Shown here piece by piece: positions 21,867 to 33,601 of a stretch of DNA of 64,000 nucleotides. The notes under the pieces are model-generated. The model was not told where the DNA came from and did not search any database. It saw only the letters and a list, made by a program, of their open reading frames with translations. Each line of letters begins with the position of its first letter. Position 1 is the stretch's first letter. The translations under genes and the position numbers were made by a program. The DNA is from an uncultured delta proteobacterium (lineage in GTDB: Bacteria > Desulfobacterota > Binatia > UBA9968): NCBI GenBank assembly GCA_963745835.1, contig CAVUZH010000024.1, positions 224,001 through 288,000 of the forward strand, read 5' to 3'.

Positions 21867-22898
21867 TCAGCTCTTCCTTGCTATCAATACGGAGTCGGGG
21901 TCGAAGGATAACGGGCTCGAGCGAAACGGTCCTTTGATGCCCGAGAATCCCGCCGCGCGGAGCCAGCCATGCACTTCATCCAGAGCGTAACAACGCCCAT
22001 GGGGTGTGTGCAAAAAAAGCGCAACGGAAAAAAGCGCGCCCCAGTCAGGATTTGTTCCAGCCCGGTTCATCAAAACATCGCGTAATACAATCCGCCCGCT
22101 CTGGTTTAGACAGCGATAAGCGCTTCTTAGCAATGCGCGATTTTCCCTTGCGCCCTGTCCGTGAAGGACATTGGAAATGAGTACTAAATCGAATCCGCGC
22201 GGCAACGGCTCTTTCGCGATATCGAGGCCCATGACCTGCACCCGTTTTGCGATCTTTGCGTTCTTGACCGCACGAGAGGTAAAACTAACCACCCTGGGGT
22301 GTTCCACGATGATCGCCCGCAGATGAGGGGATCGGCGGCAACACGCAATCGTGAAGCTCCCAAGACCTCCGCCGACATCGAGGAGAGTTTTCGAGCGGCT
22401 TAATGGTAGCCGCGCCATCAGGTAAGGCGCAATTTTCCGGGCGTCCTTATCAAGCGATTGAAGCAGCCGTTCGGTCTGCTCTCGCTTGGAAAAAAAAGGC
22501 TGGGCGACTTTCGGCCGCTTTCCACCCGTCAGAGAATCAGGCAGCCTTCCCCAAACATTCCAGGCATCATACTCGGAGAGCAGAAAAGATCCGTTGCCAG
22601 AGCACAGGTAACGCATCGCGAAAGGGGAATTCTCATAACTTAGTGCCCGCTTTCGGAGTAATCCCATTGCGGACAACGCATCGAAAAAAATCTTCCATCC
22701 TTCCCGAGTTCCACCAAAATGGTTAGTTGCCGCTCTTGCGTTCCTGCCCCTATTTCCAAGCCAATCAAAGATCTGCAAGTGAACCGCGGTGCCCAGGATA
22801 CGCGCTTGCCAATAACTGCCTGCGATGCGGAGCTTCCGAGGAGTCCATTGTTTGTAGCGCATGGCTCGCCTAATGCGCAGCTTCTCAGGATTGAGCAT
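21867..22898 (-). CDS. SAM-dependent O-methyltransferase (Methyltransf_2 type with dimerisation domain)
   Basis: LLDVGGGLG, FDLVLISNVLH, N-terminal YWQARIL; start overlaps the glycosyltransferase end. Confidence 0.85.
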   Translation of the reverse strand: MLNPEKLRIRRAMRYKQWTPRKLRIAGSYWQARILGTAVHLQIFDWLGNRGRNARAATNHFGGTREGWKIFFDALSAMGLLRKRALSYENSPFAMRYLCSGNGSFLLSEYDAWNVWGRLPDSLTGGKRPKVAQPFFSKREQTERLLQSLDKDARKIAPYLMARLPLSRSKTLLDVGGGLGSFTIACCRRSPHLRAIIVEHPRVVSFTSRAVKNAKIAKRVQVMGLDIAKEPLPRGFDLVLISNVLHGQGARENRALLRSAYRCLNQSGRIVLRDVLMNRAGTNPDWGALFSVALFLHTPHGRCYALDEVHGWLRAAGFSGIKGPFRSSPLSFDPDSVLIARKS

Positions 22899-23928
22899 CA
22901 CTCGCGATCCGCCGGTAGAGCCCTTCATAGCCTTCCACCATCTGTTCCACCGAAAAATTATCTTGAACCCAGGCCCTGCAGCGCCTTCGATCCAGGCTGT
23001 CGATCCGGTGGATCGCTTCAACCATTTCGTCCTCGGTGCACACCAGATATCCGCTCTCACCGTGTTTCACCAGCTCTGGCATGGAACCGCGCGGGTAGGC
23101 TAAGACCGGAGTTCCAGCCGCCATTGCCTCGGCCACTGCCAGCCCAAACGGCTCCTCCCACTGGGGCGGAAAAAGAAACCCTTTGGCTCGACCGACCAGT
23201 TGCATGAGTTGCTCATGCGGCAACCGTTCGATATGTCTGACTGTGTCTCCGTCAATATGAGGTTGAATCTCTTTCGAGAAATATTGTTCGCTCCAGGGCA
23301 GATGGGACGTGGTCTGGCCGACAATTAACAGGCGGGCATCGGCTCTTCTAGCGATCCGGATGGCCTCGGCGATGCCTTTTCCGGGCGTCATTCGCCCGAC
23401 CGCGATAAAAAAACCCTCCGGCTCATTGTTGAAAGGTATTCTTTCCAGGTCGATGCCGTTATAGATCACCGGCAATGATTCGTCCCCGAGCATCCTGGCT
23501 TGCGCCCGGCTGATGCAAACAGGGAAGCAGCGCGGGAAGTGATTCCGATAGTATTCGTGGAGCTCTTTCTCAATATAGGCATAGGTAATCAGCGTGGGCG
23601 TCTTTGAAAAACACGAGAAATAAGGGGCGACCGTAGGCCAGTGGGCGTGAATGATTTCGAAGCGGTCAGCCTGGCGGTAGAGGTTATGGGTGTTGCGCGT
23701 CTCAAATTCTTTTTCCAGATAGAAAGTCGACTGAGGGTCGTCTTCACTTGCCACGGGCAGCACGGATTGCAGGGGACAATCGACCTTGGAGTCTCCGGAA
23801 GCAAACAATTCAACCTGATGCCCGCGTCTGGTGAGGTGCTGACAGAGGTCAAAAACAATTCGTTCCGTTCCGCCGTGAGTCTTCGGTGGGATTGAAAGAT
23901 AAATGCTGGAGATCTGAGCGATCTTCAT
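22885..23928 (-). CDS. Glycosyltransferase family 4
   Basis: [35 protein letters not shown]. Confidence 0.92.
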   Translation of the reverse strand: MKIAQISSIYLSIPPKTHGGTERIVFDLCQHLTRRGHQVELFASGDSKVDCPLQSVLPVASEDDPQSTFYLEKEFETRNTHNLYRQADRFEIIHAHWPTVAPYFSCFSKTPTLITYAYIEKELHEYYRNHFPRCFPVCISRAQARMLGDESLPVIYNGIDLERIPFNNEPEGFFIAVGRMTPGKGIAEAIRIARRADARLLIVGQTTSHLPWSEQYFSKEIQPHIDGDTVRHIERLPHEQLMQLVGRAKGFLFPPQWEEPFGLAVAEAMAAGTPVLAYPRGSMPELVKHGESGYLVCTEDEMVEAIHRIDSLDRRRCRAWVQDNFSVEQMVEGYEGLYRRIASDAQS

Positions 23929-24033
23929 ACCGCTATGAAACCATCCAAATTGTTTTGCCGTTCACGAAAACTAAACTCATCGCACTTGCGTCCGTGGTTG
24001 ACATTCCAAGCCAAACTTCGATACTCCCCGTGT

Positions 24034-25425
24034 ATGGATCAACAATCAGTCAGCGTCAAGCAAGCTTTTACTCTGCCGGTGGGCGTCTCCATTACGCTGC
24101 GAGGCTGGGTTCGTTCCCGTCGCGATTCCAAAGGCATCACTTTCATAGAGCTCAATGATGGTTCGCGTTTCAAGAGCATACAAGTGGTCGTCGACAGCGG
24201 CGCCCTTCCCGACGAGACCCTGAAACAAGTAACCACTGGCAGCAGCATCGAGACGACGGGCGTGTTGGTCCAGTCGCCGGCCAAAGGCCAGGCAGTGGAG
24301 CTCAAAGTCTCACAAATTCATGTCTACGGCAGCGCCGATCCCGCCACTTATCCATTGCAAAAAAAAGGGCACACGCTCGAGTTTCTCCGCGAGATTTCCC
24401 ACCTGCGTGTGCGCAGCAATACCTTCGGGGCGGCTTTTCGCGTGCGCAATGCGCTGACTCACGCAATCCACAGTTTCTTTCAAGAAAGAGATTTCATTTA
24501 CGTCCAAACGCCGATCATCACGATCTCGGATTGCGAGGGCGCCGGACAGATGTTCAACGTTACCGCGCTCAACATGCACCAACCGCCGCGTACCGCTCAC
24601 GGCAAAGTCGACTGGCAGCAAGATTTTTTCGGCCGTCCTGCCTATCTCACCGTCAGCGGTCAGCTCGAAGCCGAAATATTTGCGCTGGCGTTTTCCAAAG
24701 TTTATACCTTTGGCCCGACGTTTCGCGCCGAAAACAGCAATACGCCGCGCCATCTGGCGGAGTTTTGGATGATCGAGCCTGAGATGGCTTTTTACGAGCT
24801 CCCGGACAACATGCGCCTGGCCGAGGAATTCCTTAAATACATTATTCGCTATGTGCTGGATCATTGCCGTGAAGATCTGGAGTTCTTCAACGAACGCATC
24901 GAGAAAGCCGTCTTGAGCACGCTCGAACACGTGGCCGAATCCAGCTTCGGACATATCACCTATACCGACGCCGTGCAGGAGTTGAAAAACTCCGGCCGGG
25001 CCTGGGAGTTCCCGGTTGATTGGGGTCATGATCTGCAAACCGAGCACGAGCGCTTTCTCTCCGAAGAGATTTTCAAGAAGCCGGTGATCGTCACCGACTA
25101 CCCCAAAGACATCAAACCCTTCTATATGCGAGTCAATGATGACGACCGCACAGTGCGCGCCATGGACGTGCTGGTTCCGCGTGTCGGCGAAATCATCGGT
25201 GGCAGCCAACGCGAAGAACGATACGATGTGCTGTTGCAACGTCTCCGCGCCAGCGGTCTCGATGAGAAAGCGTACTGGTGGTATCTCGATCTGCGGAGAT
25301 TCGGCTCCGTCCCTCACTCCGGCTTCGGCCTCGGACTGGAGCGCATCATGATGTATCTCACTGGTCTGAAAAACATCCGCGATGTCATTCCGTTCCCGCG
25401 GACGCCCGGCAACGCGGATTTTTAA
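24034..25425 (+). CDS. asnS: Asparagine-tRNA ligase
   Basis: [50 protein letters not shown]. Confidence 0.97.
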   Translation: MDQQSVSVKQAFTLPVGVSITLRGWVRSRRDSKGITFIELNDGSRFKSIQVVVDSGALPDETLKQVTTGSSIETTGVLVQSPAKGQAVELKVSQIHVYGSADPATYPLQKKGHTLEFLREISHLRVRSNTFGAAFRVRNALTHAIHSFFQERDFIYVQTPIITISDCEGAGQMFNVTALNMHQPPRTAHGKVDWQQDFFGRPAYLTVSGQLEAEIFALAFSKVYTFGPTFRAENSNTPRHLAEFWMIEPEMAFYELPDNMRLAEEFLKYIIRYVLDHCREDLEFFNERIEKAVLSTLEHVAESSFGHITYTDAVQELKNSGRAWEFPVDWGHDLQTEHERFLSEEIFKKPVIVTDYPKDIKPFYMRVNDDDRTVRAMDVLVPRVGEIIGGSQREERYDVLLQRLRASGLDEKAYWWYLDLRRFGSVPHSGFGLGLERIMMYLTGLKNIRDVIPFPRTPGNADF

Positions 25426-25492
25426 TTATTCAACGAAAGCGCGTCTTAGAACGGCTGATTCCCGGGAAAAAGCCAGTTCCCGCAGCAAAATC

Positions 25493-27337
25493 CTAGTTGG
25501 CGGGCAACATCTCGGTGCGGGTTTTTGTATCGACATCCGAGATAAGCTGGCGCAAGTTGGTGATCTGATCGCGAGTCTGCAGCAAAGTTGACCCCACCAC
25601 GCCTAAGTCGTCCGTTGGCGACCCTCCATCTTCATCAAGCTCCCTGAGACCCCATCGGCCGATGACAATCTTGAGATCGGGAAAGGACGCGCGCAGGCGC
25701 TTCGATAGATAGCGAACCTGAACCAACGCATCGGGGGCGACGGCTGCAACACAAACGAGAGCTGGATTGCCTTCGCTCACCCGTGCTATTACTTCCGCGG
25801 CCAAAGCAGACGCCGAAAGGACGTCCATTGAACAATTTTTTGAAACCAATAGCTGGCGAAGCATCAAAAGGGCGACCTCATCGGCCTCGCCATGCGCCGG
25901 GCAGCCGATGATCTTTATTCTTGGTAGCGGGTCGGTAGTGACTGACGCTGTTGCCCCATCTCCGGATACCGTGCATTGCTGAAGGTCGGCTCCGGCAATC
26001 TCGATAACCTCGCGCATCGCTTTGAACAAGAAGATCTCCTCATGATCGGTTAGATTGTTACGCCGGCGATCCTCCTTGGCATAACTCAACGCTGGCATAA
26101 GCAATTCATCATAGACCCGTTCGGGTTCATGATTTTTGAAATATTGCTGCAGGATTTCGATCGCCTCGGCCTGATCCATGGCTAACAAGCGTTGGTAAAA
26201 ACTGACTTGCATTTCCATCGCCGGCTCGTCGCTCAACAGCACCTGGACAAAATCAAGCTGGGGAACGTGCTTGGCAAAAACGAGCAGGCAGACGGTCAAC
26301 GGTGTTGCCAGAAGAAGTCCTACCGGTCCCCACAACCAGGTCCAGAACGCGATCATCATCAGCAGCGGCACCGGCGACACTCCGATACTTCTGCCGTACA
26401 GCAACGGCTCGAGTAGCATGTTGATGATGGTTTTCAAGACCAAAAACAGTCCAACAACCAGCAACGGCCACCACCAATCGGTGAAAACCCCCATACTCAT
26501 AATCGTCGGCAGTGCCGCCGCCGTCCAAAATCCGATGACTGGTATAAACAGCAATGGAACGGATAAGAACCCCCAGAGAAAGGCGTAGGGGAGACCGATT
26601 AGAAAAAGCGCGACGGATATGATGATGCCAAAGCAGCCGTTGATGGTAATCTGCATCACCAAATAACGACTGATACGCTGGCCAGCCTCCTCCAGCGCTT
26701 TAGTCGTAACCGTCAAGTGCGCGTAACCTACCAGCCGAATCAACCGATTGCGCAGGTCTTCGCGTTGAGCAAGCATAAATATCAGCAAGCCCAACACCAG
26801 CGTGGCGCTGGCGATCGGTTGAATCAAAGGTCCTAAATAAAGCGAGCGCCAGGAAACCGTCGGTTCAGCTTGAACGATAATCGGCCGCCGGTTGTTAGCC
26901 GCCCGAGAAGCTTCACCCTGCTCGATTTCATCTTTAACCTCGTCGACAGTTTCCTGCACCTGCTCCAACACGCCGCCTTTTCCCATGCCCCGTAAATCCC
27001 GGACCTTCTGGCGAATGTTCTGTCGATACTTGGGCAGTTCTTCAGCAAGGCTCGTGACTTGGGAAACCGTGGCCCAGCCAATCATCGCCAGCACAGCAAA
27101 AGTAAGAGCGATAACGATGGTAACCGACGTCCCGCGTCCGAGCCCTGCCTGCTGGATTCTGGTGACGATGGGGCTTAGCAAAAAAGTCAACAGAATTGCC
27201 AAGGCAAACGGGATCAGCACCGCTTGCGCCCAGTAGAAACCAACAATCACCAGCACAGTTACAGCAACAGTGAAAGGGTTTACCCTACCAACAGAGCGGC
27301 TAATGCGGCTTGTTACAATCAAACGATCTTCCGGCAA
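25493..27337 (-). CDS. AI-2E family transporter with C-terminal soluble domain
   Basis: LIPFALAILLTFLL, QRISRYL, EPLLYG, WTWLWGPVGLLLATPLTVCL; start uncertain. Confidence 0.85.
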   Translation of the reverse strand: MPEDRLIVTSRISRSVGRVNPFTVAVTVLVIVGFYWAQAVLIPFALAILLTFLLSPIVTRIQQAGLGRGTSVTIVIALTFAVLAMIGWATVSQVTSLAEELPKYRQNIRQKVRDLRGMGKGGVLEQVQETVDEVKDEIEQGEASRAANNRRPIIVQAEPTVSWRSLYLGPLIQPIASATLVLGLLIFMLAQREDLRNRLIRLVGYAHLTVTTKALEEAGQRISRYLVMQITINGCFGIIISVALFLIGLPYAFLWGFLSVPLLFIPVIGFWTAAALPTIMSMGVFTDWWWPLLVVGLFLVLKTIINMLLEPLLYGRSIGVSPVPLLMMIAFWTWLWGPVGLLLATPLTVCLLVFAKHVPQLDFVQVLLSDEPAMEMQVSFYQRLLAMDQAEAIEILQQYFKNHEPERVYDELLMPALSYAKEDRRRNNLTDHEEIFLFKAMREVIEIAGADLQQCTVSGDGATASVTTDPLPRIKIIGCPAHGEADEVALLMLRQLLVSKNCSMDVLSASALAAEVIARVSEGNPALVCVAAVAPDALVQVRYLSKRLRASFPDLKIVIGRWGLRELDEDGGSPTDDLGVVGSTLLQTRDQITNLRQLISDVDTKTRTEMLPAN

Positions 27338-27513
27338 TTTGTTCCCTTCCGCTGGCGGCTAAGTGTCTGAACCAGGTATCTCAGCGCGCTGTTTAGTCCG
27401 AGTATACTCAACGAGATACGAGAAAGTAGGTACCTATTTCCGTCTATTCCGCATTATCCGGATCGTGAATCTGTTATCAACTATAAAGAACGAGACAATC
27501 AACGGAGCATGGC

Positions 27514-28683
27514 CTACACCGCCCTGAGCGCCTGAATGATATTCAACCGCGATGCTCGCAGCGCGGGCAAGAAGCCGCCGATCAGACCCATGAGCAGGGA
27601 AAACCCCAGCGACGTTGCGATGATCGAAGGCGACAGCGCGAAAGAGAAAGCAAGCTCAGAGAACGAACCGAAGTTCAGCGTCGAAATGCTGAAAAACTGC
27701 AATAAGGAAGCTAAACCCAAACCGGCTATACCACCTGCCAAAGACAAGACGAAAGATTCGCCCAAAAAGGCCAGCAGAATGCTGCGGCGAAAAAATCCTA
27801 AAGCCCGCAACGTGCCGATTTCCACGGTTCGATTAGCCACGGCGCCATACATGGTGATCATCGCGCCGATGGTCGCTCCGGTGCTGAAAATAACGGTCAC
27901 AAAGATACCGAGGATTCGAATGAACTTGGCCATCATCTCGGATTGTTCTTCGAAAAATTTCTTCTCACGTTTCGCGGCGAAATATTGCAACCGGTTGTCC
28001 GATTCGAATGCCGCCGCAATTTCCGAAAGATCGTCGGGCTGTTTTAGCCTCATCGTGACCGTCGAAAACGATGAGCGCTTGAACGCATCCATGATTTGAT
28101 TGCTGTCACCCCAAGCCTCCGACTCAAAACCACTGCCGTCAGCCTCGAAAATACCGACCACCGTCCAGAGATCGCCGCCGAACTTCATATTCTCGCCAAT
28201 CTGCGCTCCGGCGAATCGATGGGTGATGCCGGCGCCGACGATGACTTCACGTGCGCCCCAGCGAAACATCCGCCCTTGGACGATTTTTACCTGCGGCCGC
28301 AGTGGGAACGCAGCCGATTCGACGCCCCGCACAATTACGTTGCTGATTCCCGGTGCGCCGATCTTGTTGAGATTGATGATCACAACGGCTTCCTTGGAGC
28401 TCATCGGCCGCCCATCGGCAAAGCTTGCGACCTCGGGCATGTTGCTGATGATACCCGCCGCGTCTCGATCGAGAATGCTCATGATTTCGCTCATGGCCGC
28501 CTTGCGCGCCACAATCAGATTATCATCCGAACCGGTAGAGCGAAGCGTCTTCTCGACGCCGTTGGCCATCATCAAGACGGCGGTGAAAACGAAAACCACC
28601 AAGGCAATGCCGAGCATCGTGATCACCGTGGTCAAGCGGCGCGACGAAGAACTGCGCAGAATGTATTTAAGCGGAATCTGCAT
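27514..28683 (-). CDS. ABC exporter permease (FtsX/MacB-like)
   Basis: One TM, periplasmic domain, three TMs; RTVEIGTLRALGF. Confidence 0.9.
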   Translation of the reverse strand: MQIPLKYILRSSSSRRLTTVITMLGIALVVFVFTAVLMMANGVEKTLRSTGSDDNLIVARKAAMSEIMSILDRDAAGIISNMPEVASFADGRPMSSKEAVVIINLNKIGAPGISNVIVRGVESAAFPLRPQVKIVQGRMFRWGAREVIVGAGITHRFAGAQIGENMKFGGDLWTVVGIFEADGSGFESEAWGDSNQIMDAFKRSSFSTVTMRLKQPDDLSEIAAAFESDNRLQYFAAKREKKFFEEQSEMMAKFIRILGIFVTVIFSTGATIGAMITMYGAVANRTVEIGTLRALGFFRRSILLAFLGESFVLSLAGGIAGLGLASLLQFFSISTLNFGSFSELAFSFALSPSIIATSLGFSLLMGLIGGFLPALRASRLNIIQALRAV

Positions 28684-29844
28684 CTATCCGACGTGCCTGA
28701 GACCTTCGACGATGCGCGTGCTCAAAACCCGCCGCAAAGGTATCAGCGAGGCTGCCAGGCCTACGAGGAGAGCGGAAACACAACCCAGGGCGATAGTCTC
28801 CGGCTTGATATAAAAAACCGGGAACCAGCCTTTGGGCAGCGCCGTTTGAAATCCCTCCACTGCCGGCACCGTGACCAGCAGTCCGAGAGCGCTGCCCAGC
28901 GTAGAGAGTATTAAAGCTTCCCCGGCAATAAGAAAAAACAACTGTCCGGCGGAAAAGCCAAGCGCTTTGAGCACGGCGAATTCGTGCGTTCGTTCGCGTG
29001 CCGACATCACCATGGTATTGGCCAGGACTAGCAGGATAATCCCGATGATGACAAAAGACATGATATTCATGGCGGTGATGACCGCACTGGCTGCCGATAA
29101 AAAACTCTGTTGAAAGGCCCGCTCGGTCTCCGTCTTGGTCTCGGCGCGCGAATTGGCAAACAACTGATCGATCTCTTGCGAGATCGCCGCAGAGCCGTCC
29201 GGATCATCGATGCGCACGATGTACCAACCGATCTCTCCCGATCGCTGCGGCATGTCCTGACGCACTCTTTCCTCCAGGTATTTATAGTGAAACATCATGC
29301 TCGCCGGATCGGTGGTCTGATCCTTGGGCTGGTAAATGCCGCGGACGACGAACTCCCACTGTCCGGGATAGACGTCTCCCTCGATGAGCATGATGTCGCC
29401 CAGGTCGAGATTATAGCGGCGCGCGATATCGACACCGAGGATGCAGGCATTGCGCTCCCGTTTGAAAGCTTCGAACTGTTCGCGTTCGACAACGAACTCG
29501 GGATAAACATCGAAAAACGTTTCGGAGTCCACCGCCAAACGAGCAAAAAACTGGTTTTTGTCGATATAGACGCCGGAGAACCAACTCGCGTAAGTGACTT
29601 TGTTGACGCCGCGCACCTGAGCGATGCGGTCTCGATATGCCAGCGGCAAAGGAAAAACGAATGACACGGCGTGCCGGGTGATCAACCGATTTGCCGCCGA
29701 CGCTTCGACCCCCGCGTGCCACGCCGTCACCACGGTTCGCAAGAGCGCAAATGCCATGACGGCGACGCCGATTCCCGTCAACGTCAAAAAACCGCGTAGC
29801 TTGTGACGCAGCGTGTTGCGGAGGAGAAGCTTGAGAAGTTCCAC
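28684..29844 (-). CDS. ABC exporter permease (FtsX/MacB-like)
   Basis: [14 protein letters not shown], same topology as neighbour. Confidence 0.9.
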   Translation of the reverse strand: MELLKLLLRNTLRHKLRGFLTLTGIGVAVMAFALLRTVVTAWHAGVEASAANRLITRHAVSFVFPLPLAYRDRIAQVRGVNKVTYASWFSGVYIDKNQFFARLAVDSETFFDVYPEFVVEREQFEAFKRERNACILGVDIARRYNLDLGDIMLIEGDVYPGQWEFVVRGIYQPKDQTTDPASMMFHYKYLEERVRQDMPQRSGEIGWYIVRIDDPDGSAAISQEIDQLFANSRAETKTETERAFQQSFLSAASAVITAMNIMSFVIIGIILLVLANTMVMSARERTHEFAVLKALGFSAGQLFFLIAGEALILSTLGSALGLLVTVPAVEGFQTALPKGWFPVFYIKPETIALGCVSALLVGLAASLIPLRRVLSTRIVEGLRHVG

Positions 29845-29853
29845 TACTTTTTC

Positions 29854-30529
29854 CTACGCCAACTCGCCCTTATCTAAATTCCGCACCGAGCGCGCGCGCT
29901 CGGCTGCGCGCGGATCATGGGTGACCATAAGAATCGTCTTGTTAAGCTCGCGGTTCAATCGATGCATCAGTTCCAGCACCTCTTCGGCCGAGACCTTATC
30001 GAGATCGCCGGTCGGCTCATCGGCAACCAGGATCGCCGGGTCCGTCGCGATCGCTCGAGCGATGGCGACGCGCTGTTCCTGGCCACCGGAAAGTTGGCGT
30101 GGATAGTGATGCATACGCTCGCCGAGACCCACAACCTCTAATGCAGTTTCGCGCATGACTGCGCCGTTCCTTCCGAGAAAGCGGGGTCAGAATCAGCGGC
30201 AGCTCGACATTCTCCAACGCGGTGAGCACGGGTATGAGGTTGTAGAACTGAAATATGAACCCGATATTGTGCGAGCGCCACACAGCCAATTCGGTTTCGC
30301 TCAATTCGGTAATATCGGTATCGGCGATCAGGATTTTGCCCGAGGTTGGCTTATCGATGCCGGCGATCAGATTCAACAGAGTGGTTTTGCCCGAGCCTGA
30401 CGGCCCCATGAAGGCCAGGAAGTCTCCCTCTGCAATCTTAAGCGAGATATTGCGGAGAACCGGAATTTCCAGGCTGTCACGCTGGTAGGACTTGAACAAA
30501 TCGACAATTTCGATGAGCGCAGATTCCAT
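29854..30529 (-). CDS. ABC ATP-binding protein, frameshifted near 30155
   Basis: GPSGSGKT in one frame; [14 protein letters not shown] and VTHD in another. Confidence 0.85.
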
Positions 30530-30545
30530 GGGTGCATTGCGAAAA

Positions 30546-31744
30546 CTACGGTCCCTTTACGGCAACTTTCGCGCCCGCTTCGATCCGATCATCAACCTTG
30601 GCGATGATCTTGTCGCCCTCTTTGATGCCGCTCTTGATTTCAATCAGGGCACCGAGCTTTTGACCTGTGCTCACCGGCACTTCAACGGCGCGATCGTCTC
30701 TGATTTGGTAGATGACCGCGCGTCCGGTGCGAGTGGCCACTGCCGCTTCAGGGACGGTGAGCAGCAGCTTGTGATCCGCGCTGTCCGCTTTGTAACCGAT
30801 AGCGAGGAAGCTGATTTTTGCGCTCATCTCCGGCAGAACCCGCTGGTCATATTCTTTAAACTTGATCTTCACCAAGACAGTTGCCTTGGCTTCGATCCGC
30901 GGTGGGAACAATCTTCGTGACATATCCCGGATATCGTTGCTGTGGGTAGGCGTCGAGGGTAATTTCGCACTGCTGTTCCGGCGCGACCCGGGTAATGTTG
31001 GCCTCGGACACGTCGGCATCGACTTCCAGAGACGACATGTCAGCGATGGTGACCACCGCCGCCTTCGAACTGGCCGCGCCCGCCAGCGGCGCGACGATCT
31101 CGCCGACATCGGCATTCTTCTTCAGAACCGTGCCATCGAAGGGCGCAATGATCCGGGTATTATCGACAGCGACTTCGGCTTCCTTCAGCGCAAATCTCGC
31201 AACATCAATAGATGCCACGACTCGTTTGTAACGGGCCTCAGCGACATCGTACTCGGCCTGCGCTATCAAGCCCTGCTTGAGGAGTATACGCATACGCTCG
31301 TATGAGGTTTTTGCATCGTACAGATCGGCTTCGGCAACGAGCAGACTTTGTCGAGCGCTTTCGCGCGCGGCAGCCACGTCGGCATCTTCCAGCCGGGCGA
31401 TGAGCTGGCCCTTTTTGACCTGGTCACCCTCTTCTACGTTCAGGAGCACTAAACGTCCGGTACCCTTGGAGGCGACTGCTGCCTTGCGGCGCGCCACCAC
31501 GTAACCGCTCGCGGTCAATACCGATTTAGTCTGAGACGGTGAGGTTAGTGCGGCGGTCGCCAGTTGGACTTCGACTGCAGGATCGAACAGATCTTTGAGA
31601 AACATGATGGCCGCCGCCAACGACAAGAGCCATAACTAAACCAATCAGAATCTTACGTCTTGTTCTCGATTTACGCGGCGACTTCCCATGCTGAAACGAG
31701 CGGTCTATTCTCAACGATGCTAGATCAAGGTCTTTCGTAGCCAT
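30546..31744 (-). CDS. Periplasmic adaptor (membrane fusion protein), two frameshifts
   Basis: ASGYVVA, VEEGDQVKKGQLIARL, IIAPFDG, VLPEMSA spread over three ORF pieces. Confidence 0.82.
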
Positions 31745-31817
31745 TTTAAACATTTACAGTAAGCCGATCGAATCAGCGTTTTTCAACCCGACCATCAGAT
31801 GGTAAGAACAGCGGGAG

Positions 31818-32571
31818 ATGAGCAGCACGACCACTTGGGACCCCGCCACTTATGCCCGCGACGCGCGATTCGTCGCCAAATCTGGGTGAGCCGCTTATAG
31901 ATCTACTTGCGCCGACGAGCGGCGAGATCATCATGGATCTGGGTTGCGGCGACGGCGCTTTGACGGAAAAAATCCCTGAGGGAGTCAGCTGTCGTTGGCA
32001 CCGATGCCAGCTTTGCCCAGGCACGCGCGGCCAAAGAGCGAGGTTTATCCATCGTGGTTGTCGATGGCCATCACCTCTGCTTCAAGCGGCAATTTCGACG
32101 CGGTTTTCACCAATGCCGCGCTTCATTGGATGCGGCAGCCGGAAAAGGTTGTGAAAGGAGTTTGGCAGTGTTTAAAAACCGGCGGGCGTTTCGTTGGAGA
32201 GTTTGGCGCCAAGGGCAACGTCGAAACGGTTCGTTCAGCTCTGCACGAAGCGCTGCTCCGCCGCGGTATCGATCCCTTAGACGATAGATCCTTGGTACTT
32301 TCCTTCGGCGGAAGATTTCTCAAATCTTCTGGTGAATTCGAGTTTCACGGTTCGCTCCATCGAAATCATTCAACGACCGACGCCGCTCCCCGGAGAGCTT
32401 TTCGATTGGCTGGAAATTTTTGCCCAACCCTTTACCAACGCAATTGAAAAGCATCACCGGCAGTCCTTTCTTGATGAAGTATGCCGGCGAAGCGAAACCG
32501 CCTTGCGGGACGCGTACGGGCGCTGGACAGTGGATTACGTTCGCTTGAGATTCGCCGCCGTAAGATGTTGA
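31818..32571 (+). pseudogene. Class I SAM methyltransferase with several frameshifts
   Basis: MSSTTTWDPATY start, DLGCGDG, FDAVFTNAALHW, WTVDYVRLRF in different frames; may be assembly error. Confidence 0.75.
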
Positions 32572-32601
32572 AAAATAAAAGGGGCAACCATTGTTGCCCC
32601 T
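32571..32601 (-). terminator. Intrinsic terminator between convergent genes
   Basis: AGGGGCAAC-catt-GTTGCCCCT with A-rich tract on the left. Confidence 0.75.
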
Positions 32602-32661
32602 CTGTTAATCGCGGTCAATGATGATGCAGCGTCAAGCTACTTACGCCGCCGGCTTATCAGC

Positions 32662-33129
32662 TCAGCTAGCTTTGCTCTTTTTTTCGGCCGCAAGTTTTCG
32701 GGCCTTGCGATCGCGCTGTTTCAAGCACGATTGTGATCGGCTGCCAGCGGTTTCCGGCTTTGGCTCCTGGCATGATAAACAGATGGGGCATATCCATCCG
32801 CCGCACGGGCAGCGGCCGCCAGGCTTATTGCCAATACCCGGCTTAGTGTGAAACGAGTGCTTGCAACTCGGGCAGACGACATCGACAACACCTTCAAGGA
32901 TCTCGAAATCCTCAGCCGGGGCTATGCGGCGCAGCGCCTCTCCTTCCACCATTACGCGGTACTGGAAGGTTTCCTTTGAATTAAGCTTGTCGAGACCATG
33001 GCCTGCTTTTGTAAAGCAGGCTTTGATCTCGGTGACACCATCGATCCGACCTTCATACCCGACCACTTTGTGCCGGATCACTGTCCCATTTTCGAGCTTC
33101 ATGTGAATTTGCTCAATCGCCTTCGACAT
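32662..33129 (-). CDS. Hypothetical protein: possible HspQ/YccV-like N-terminus plus Cys-rich zinc-binding C-terminus
   Basis: RBS AGGAGG; GTVIRHKVVGYEGRI; CPSC...CPCGGWICPICLSC. Confidence 0.7.
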   Translation of the reverse strand: MSKAIEQIHMKLENGTVIRHKVVGYEGRIDGVTEIKACFTKAGHGLDKLNSKETFQYRVMVEGEALRRIAPAEDFEILEGVVDVVCPSCKHSFHTKPGIGNKPGGRCPCGGWICPICLSCQEPKPETAGSRSQSCLKQRDRKARKLAAEKKSKAS

Positions 33130-33145
33130 AATGCCCTCCTGGCAG

Positions 33146-33183
33146 AAAACAAAAAGCCTCCGGCTCGTTTAAAGCGCAGAGGC
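33146..33183 (-). terminator. Terminator-like hairpin immediately upstream of the RBS of the 33129 gene
   Basis: Minus strand GCCTCTG...CGGAGGC followed by TTTTTGTTTT. Confidence 0.65.
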
Positions 33184-33313
33184 GTTGCTAATAGGTAAAG
33201 ATTTCACGCTATCAAACGACGCGTAATTCTAACACTTTCGTCTTCCGGTAAACAACTCCTCAGGTAAGTGCCGCCAGGCGGTAGCTACGGTATACGTATC
33301 CCATGGCTGCGAC

Positions 33314-33601
33314 TCACCGAATGTAAATATGAACCGCGTCTTCTTCGAGTCGATGATCGCCGGCGATGATGCGCACGATACTACGCACATTTCGGCTGAC
33401 GTTGTCCAGGTCGCCCACAGGAAACCCATCCTTGATGAAACGGCCGATCAGTTTCTCCTCGCCTTGAGTGATAATTTGCAAAAAATCGCCATTGTTCTCC
33501 TTAAAGTAGCGATCGGTTCCCGGCGCGGGGCTATCTAAGCCATGCTGCAACTTCGTTGAAATTTTTATGCCGACAAAAAGTCGTTTGTCCGTCTCCGACA
33601 T
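33314..33601 (-). CDS. Hypothetical protein
   Basis: 95-aa ORF with purine-rich RBS and protein-like composition. Confidence 0.65.
   Translation of the reverse strand: MSETDKRLFVGIKISTKLQHGLDSPAPGTDRYFKENNGDFLQIITQGEEKLIGRFIKDGFPVGDLDNVSRNVRSIVRIIAGDHRLEEDAVHIYIR

Noticed and set aside
24310-25317. Long antisense ORFs (also 6420-7256, 27536-28914, 46030-46668)
   Set aside because: Shadow frames of well-supported genes in GC-rich DNA
30150-30160. Programmed frameshift in the ABC ATPase
   Set aside because: No slippery sequence, and neighbouring genes carry similar indels
33140-33190. c-di-GMP-I riboswitch on the plus strand (AAAGCCTCCGG)
   Set aside because: The upstream GNRA hairpin is missing and the orientation is opposite to the adjacent gene; better read as a minus-strand terminator
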